Assembly (NCBI GenBank): GCA_043228905.1
Contig: JBHGNT010000020.1
Span: forward strand, 7,688,001-7,752,000
From: Azolla caroliniana
Lineage: Eukaryota > Plantae > Polypodiophyta
Direction: 5' to 3'
Length of the DNA stretch: 64,000 bases
Shown here: positions 60,901-64,000 of the stretch, piece by piece
How positions within the stretch are numbered: position 1 is the stretch's first letter
Layout: each line of letters begins with the position of its first letter
Program-made: the position numbers and the translations under genes
Notes under the pieces: generated by a model
The model's input: the letters and a program-made list of their open reading frames with translations, nothing else
What the model was told of the DNA's origin: nothing
The model's database searches: none

Positions 60901-63435
60901 GGACTCGTCAAACACAACGTCGCCGCTAACACGCGCTTGCTTGGTGCGAGGGTTATAACACTTATAACTCTTCTACTCGTCCGTGTAACCGACCAAGATG
61001 CATGTCTCGGCCTCTGCGTCCAGCTTCCTCCTTTTCTCCTTCGATACATGTACATACGCAATGCTACTGAACACCCTCAAGTGTCGCAAGTTCGTCTTCG
61101 TTCCGAAATATAGCTCGTGCGCCGACCCTTTCTCTCCGATCCGGTTCTGGATATATACTGCGGTCCTTACCGCCTCGGCTCAGTAGAACTTGGGCAAGCT
61201 CTTCTCCTCCAGCATTGCCTGTGCCGCTTCCACAACTGACCGATTCTTCCTCTCAGCCACGCCGTTCTGCTCCGGCGTGTATCTACAACTGAATTCGCGC
61301 CGAATTCCCATTTGTTGTAGATAACCGTTGAATTGACCGGAAAAGTACTCTTTCCTGCCATCCGACCGCAGGCACTTGATCTTTCGTCCCGTTTCTGTTT
61401 CCACGAACCCTTTGAGGTCCTGGAAATAGTCGAAGACTTCGCTCTTCCTCTCAATGAGGTAGATCCAAGTGTGCCGCATGTGATCGTCGATGAAGGAGAT
61501 GAAATATCGGCTTCCGCCAAGTCTAACGTTTTGTGTCGGCCCCCATACATCGGAGTGTATAAGGTCGAGCTTGTTCTGGCTCTGGTTTCGCTCGTTGGGG
61601 AAAGGAAGTCGGTGTTGCTTCCCGAGCTGGCAGGCTTCACAAATTTGTGCCTTTCGGCCACTAAATTTGGGCAATCCGAACACTACCTGTTTCGATTGCA
61701 GATCTTGAAACCGCTGGTAGTTGACGTGGCCTATCCGCTTGTGCCACAAGTCGATGTCCGACTCGGTTTTTCTTCCCTTCACGAACATTGTGGTGCCGCT
61801 GTCAGTGGAATCGAGGATGAACATCCTCCCGTCTCTGCGCCCTTGCGCAATCACACGACCTTCTTCCTCAATGAAGCACCCGAGGTGTGTAAACCGAACC
61901 TCCATCCCTTGGTTGACGATCTGTCCGACCGAGACCAAGTTCTTCGTGATTTTCGGAACGTGCAACACGTTCATGAGTTTCCCTTTCTGCCCGACATGGC
62001 TAAGGGGAACTTCTCCGACATTTGTGATCGGATGCGGAGTGTCGTCTCCAGTTGCGACTACTCCCGGTTGTATCGGTTTTTCAAGGTATGAGAACCACTC
62101 CTTATGGCTCGTCATGTGGTTTGACGCGCCGGAGTCTACGTACCACACCTCGTCCGATCTCGGGGTGGTCTGTTTCATTGAGTTTGCTTCGTGTCTCGTC
62201 ACGAAGGCAGACCCTTCTCTGGCTCTCCCAGAGTCTTCGGCGTAGTGTGATCGCTGCCGATTTCCCTTGTTGGTATGTCCGGAGCCATTTCCGGAACCGG
62301 TTCTCTCCGAATCGGCGCGCTTCTTCCAACACTCACTTTCCCTGTGGCCTTTCTTGCCACAGTACTAGCTCTCTGCGATGGCCTTCCCTTGCCTGTTCTC
62401 ATCGCATCGACTCCCCCTGTTTCCGGAGGGTCCGGAGTTGCTGTCGGCATCACTTCAGTGCCTTCTTCCTTGATCTCGTCGGCCGCCTCCATTGCGCGCC
62501 GACTCGCCTCATCCTCCATTTCCATGGGGCCTTTCTCCCTCTGTGTACAGCATTCTGATGTTGGTGTGCGTGCTTGTAGACACACCCACGTGGTTCTCCT
62601 CTACCAGGAGCATTGACTGTAAGTCGAAAAAGGACGGCGTATTCTCTCGGGTACACATAGCCATTCGGAACGCTCCGAATTTCGACGCCAAACCTCCGAT
62701 TTTCGACGCAAAGCAGTATAATACCCTGCTCGCCGATTGCTCCCATGACGGGAAGTCTCTGTGTGTCGATTCGGGTGCCGCGTCATTAGCTCCTTCGACA
62801 TAACTGCAGTAACCGTGCCCGAGCAGGTACTGGTGCATCTTGTAGGACCAAGACGCGTAGTTGGTTCTATCGAGCTTCTCTGTTGGAAGCGAGCTCGCCA
62901 TGCCTCTATCCATCGTTCTTCTTGTTCTTCTTCCTCAAGCTGTGTCGGCTGCAGAGAGGTTCTCAACCCTCGCGCTCTTATACCATGTAAAAAGTAATGT
63001 GCGGAAGCAAGTATGAAGACCGAACAGAAGGAAGAAAACTCAGGTTTAATGGAGAGCTTGAGCTTACGCAGTTTACGCGGGAGAGACAGAGAGAGAGAGA
63101 GAAACACAAGAGGTATATTCAAAAAATACACAATCTCTATTCACCACACTCTATACATATGTGTGCTCAATGAACACTTTTATACAAGTCTTAGAAGGAC
63201 TGACAGAAGTACCAATAGTACTTCAATGCTCATTAAGAGCTCCTACACTAACTCCCAAATATATTCCTCATGGAATATCTTTCCTAACGGCCTCCCGGTT
63301 TACGCACTGATCCGGCCCTACCTACGCACCGGTCTGCGTACCGGTTTACGCATTCGGCCTAACCGATCGGTCCCAACCGATCCGGTCCTCGGCTTCTTCA
63401 GCCGATCCGGCCAATGTTGAGCTTGTCTCTCAACA
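57941..63435 (-). mobile_element. Full-length (defective) Ty1/copia I; TSD AATGA
   Basis: 450-bp LTRs at 57941-58390 and 62986-63435; TSD 57936-57940 / 63436-63440; PBS TGGTATAAGAGC directly adjacent (62974-62985); PPT 58391-58400. WYVDSGAS, WHKRIGH, SDVWGP, RYKARL, YTDADWAG. Gag and RT carry internal deletions. Confidence 0.96.
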
Positions 63436-64000
63436 AATGACCATATCCACCGTTTCCCCTTTCACGCTATTGTTGTTGAGCGTTGCCCGTATGGGTCGGC
63501 GTAACGCTGGCAAAAATGTCTCTCGAGCCTCGTCCTCCGCGGGGCTCCGTTCTAGTTTCCGCCGTAAATTTTGGAAACGTAAGCAGAAGTCTGTGATCGT
63601 CTCGGTCGGCAGCTGCTTAATCGTGTAGAACTATCCGAGGATTTCGCGTTGTGGAACCCTCCGATGGAAGAACAACAAGAAAGCGGATTGCAGCTGATCA
63701 AAGGTTGTGATGGCTGCTAAATCCATCTGTGAGTGCGAAAACGCCGCTCACCCATCCAATGTTAACCTGAACTCCGTGATTTTTTACTGGTGCGCTACCG
63801 CCTCCGAAAGGCTCTGCGCCATGTGGTTCACATTCCATACATTAAGGAACATGCGAATATGGGTTGTGGCGTCGGTTTCGCCGTTAAAGCGGGGAAAGGC
63901 AAAGGCCATGTTGGGGGCTACTGTGGGTCGGGAAAGACCATGGGGTGGCTGAGGTGAGCGTGCTCCCTGCGTATCGTCGAGGTATTTGGAGAGCAAAGAA

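Larger units (their letters stand above)
50638..64000 (-). mobile_element. Ty3/gypsy G2 (divergent relative of G1): 50638-57940 and 63436-64000; 5' LTR lies beyond the window, 3' end lost
   Basis: Gag continues across copia I (TSD AATGA); 3 [37 protein letters not shown]; accessory ORF after integrase. Confidence 0.93.

Noticed and set aside
30695-63420. Numerous antisense or overlapping ORFs in GC-rich TE sequence, including LTR ORFs and 58385-58690
   Set aside because: They are explained by repeats and GC-rich codon shadowing of gag-pol, with no independent motifs or cross-element conservation.

Overview
Eukaryotic land-plant nuclear DNA; the TE repertoire looks fern-like, which is an impression only. 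The left 26 kb holds two intact, convergent spliced genes. One is a 15-exon SNI1-like gene (SMC5/6 NSE6-type subunit; +, 6090-15728, 440 aa) with a GC-AG intron and a rearranged 4.7-kb double-copia relic in intron 7; the ORF track does not show it as a gene. The other is a 13-exon plastidic glucose transporter (pGlcT; -, 18705-24166). LINE relics flank them. The right 37 kb is a nest of at least nine LTR-retrotransposon pieces, with target-site duplications resolved for three insertions. The most unusual signals are in two divergent non-chromovirus Ty3/gypsy elements. Both carry a conserved ~900-1000 aa accessory ORF downstream of integrase (three conserved blocks, NLS-like motif, coiled coils, no obvious TM helix), and both have three Gag zinc knuckles. 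The complete element lacks a clear polypurine tract and instead has a copy of the tRNA-Arg 3' end 2 nt from the 3' LTR. All homology calls are from motif recognition by eye; no searches were run.
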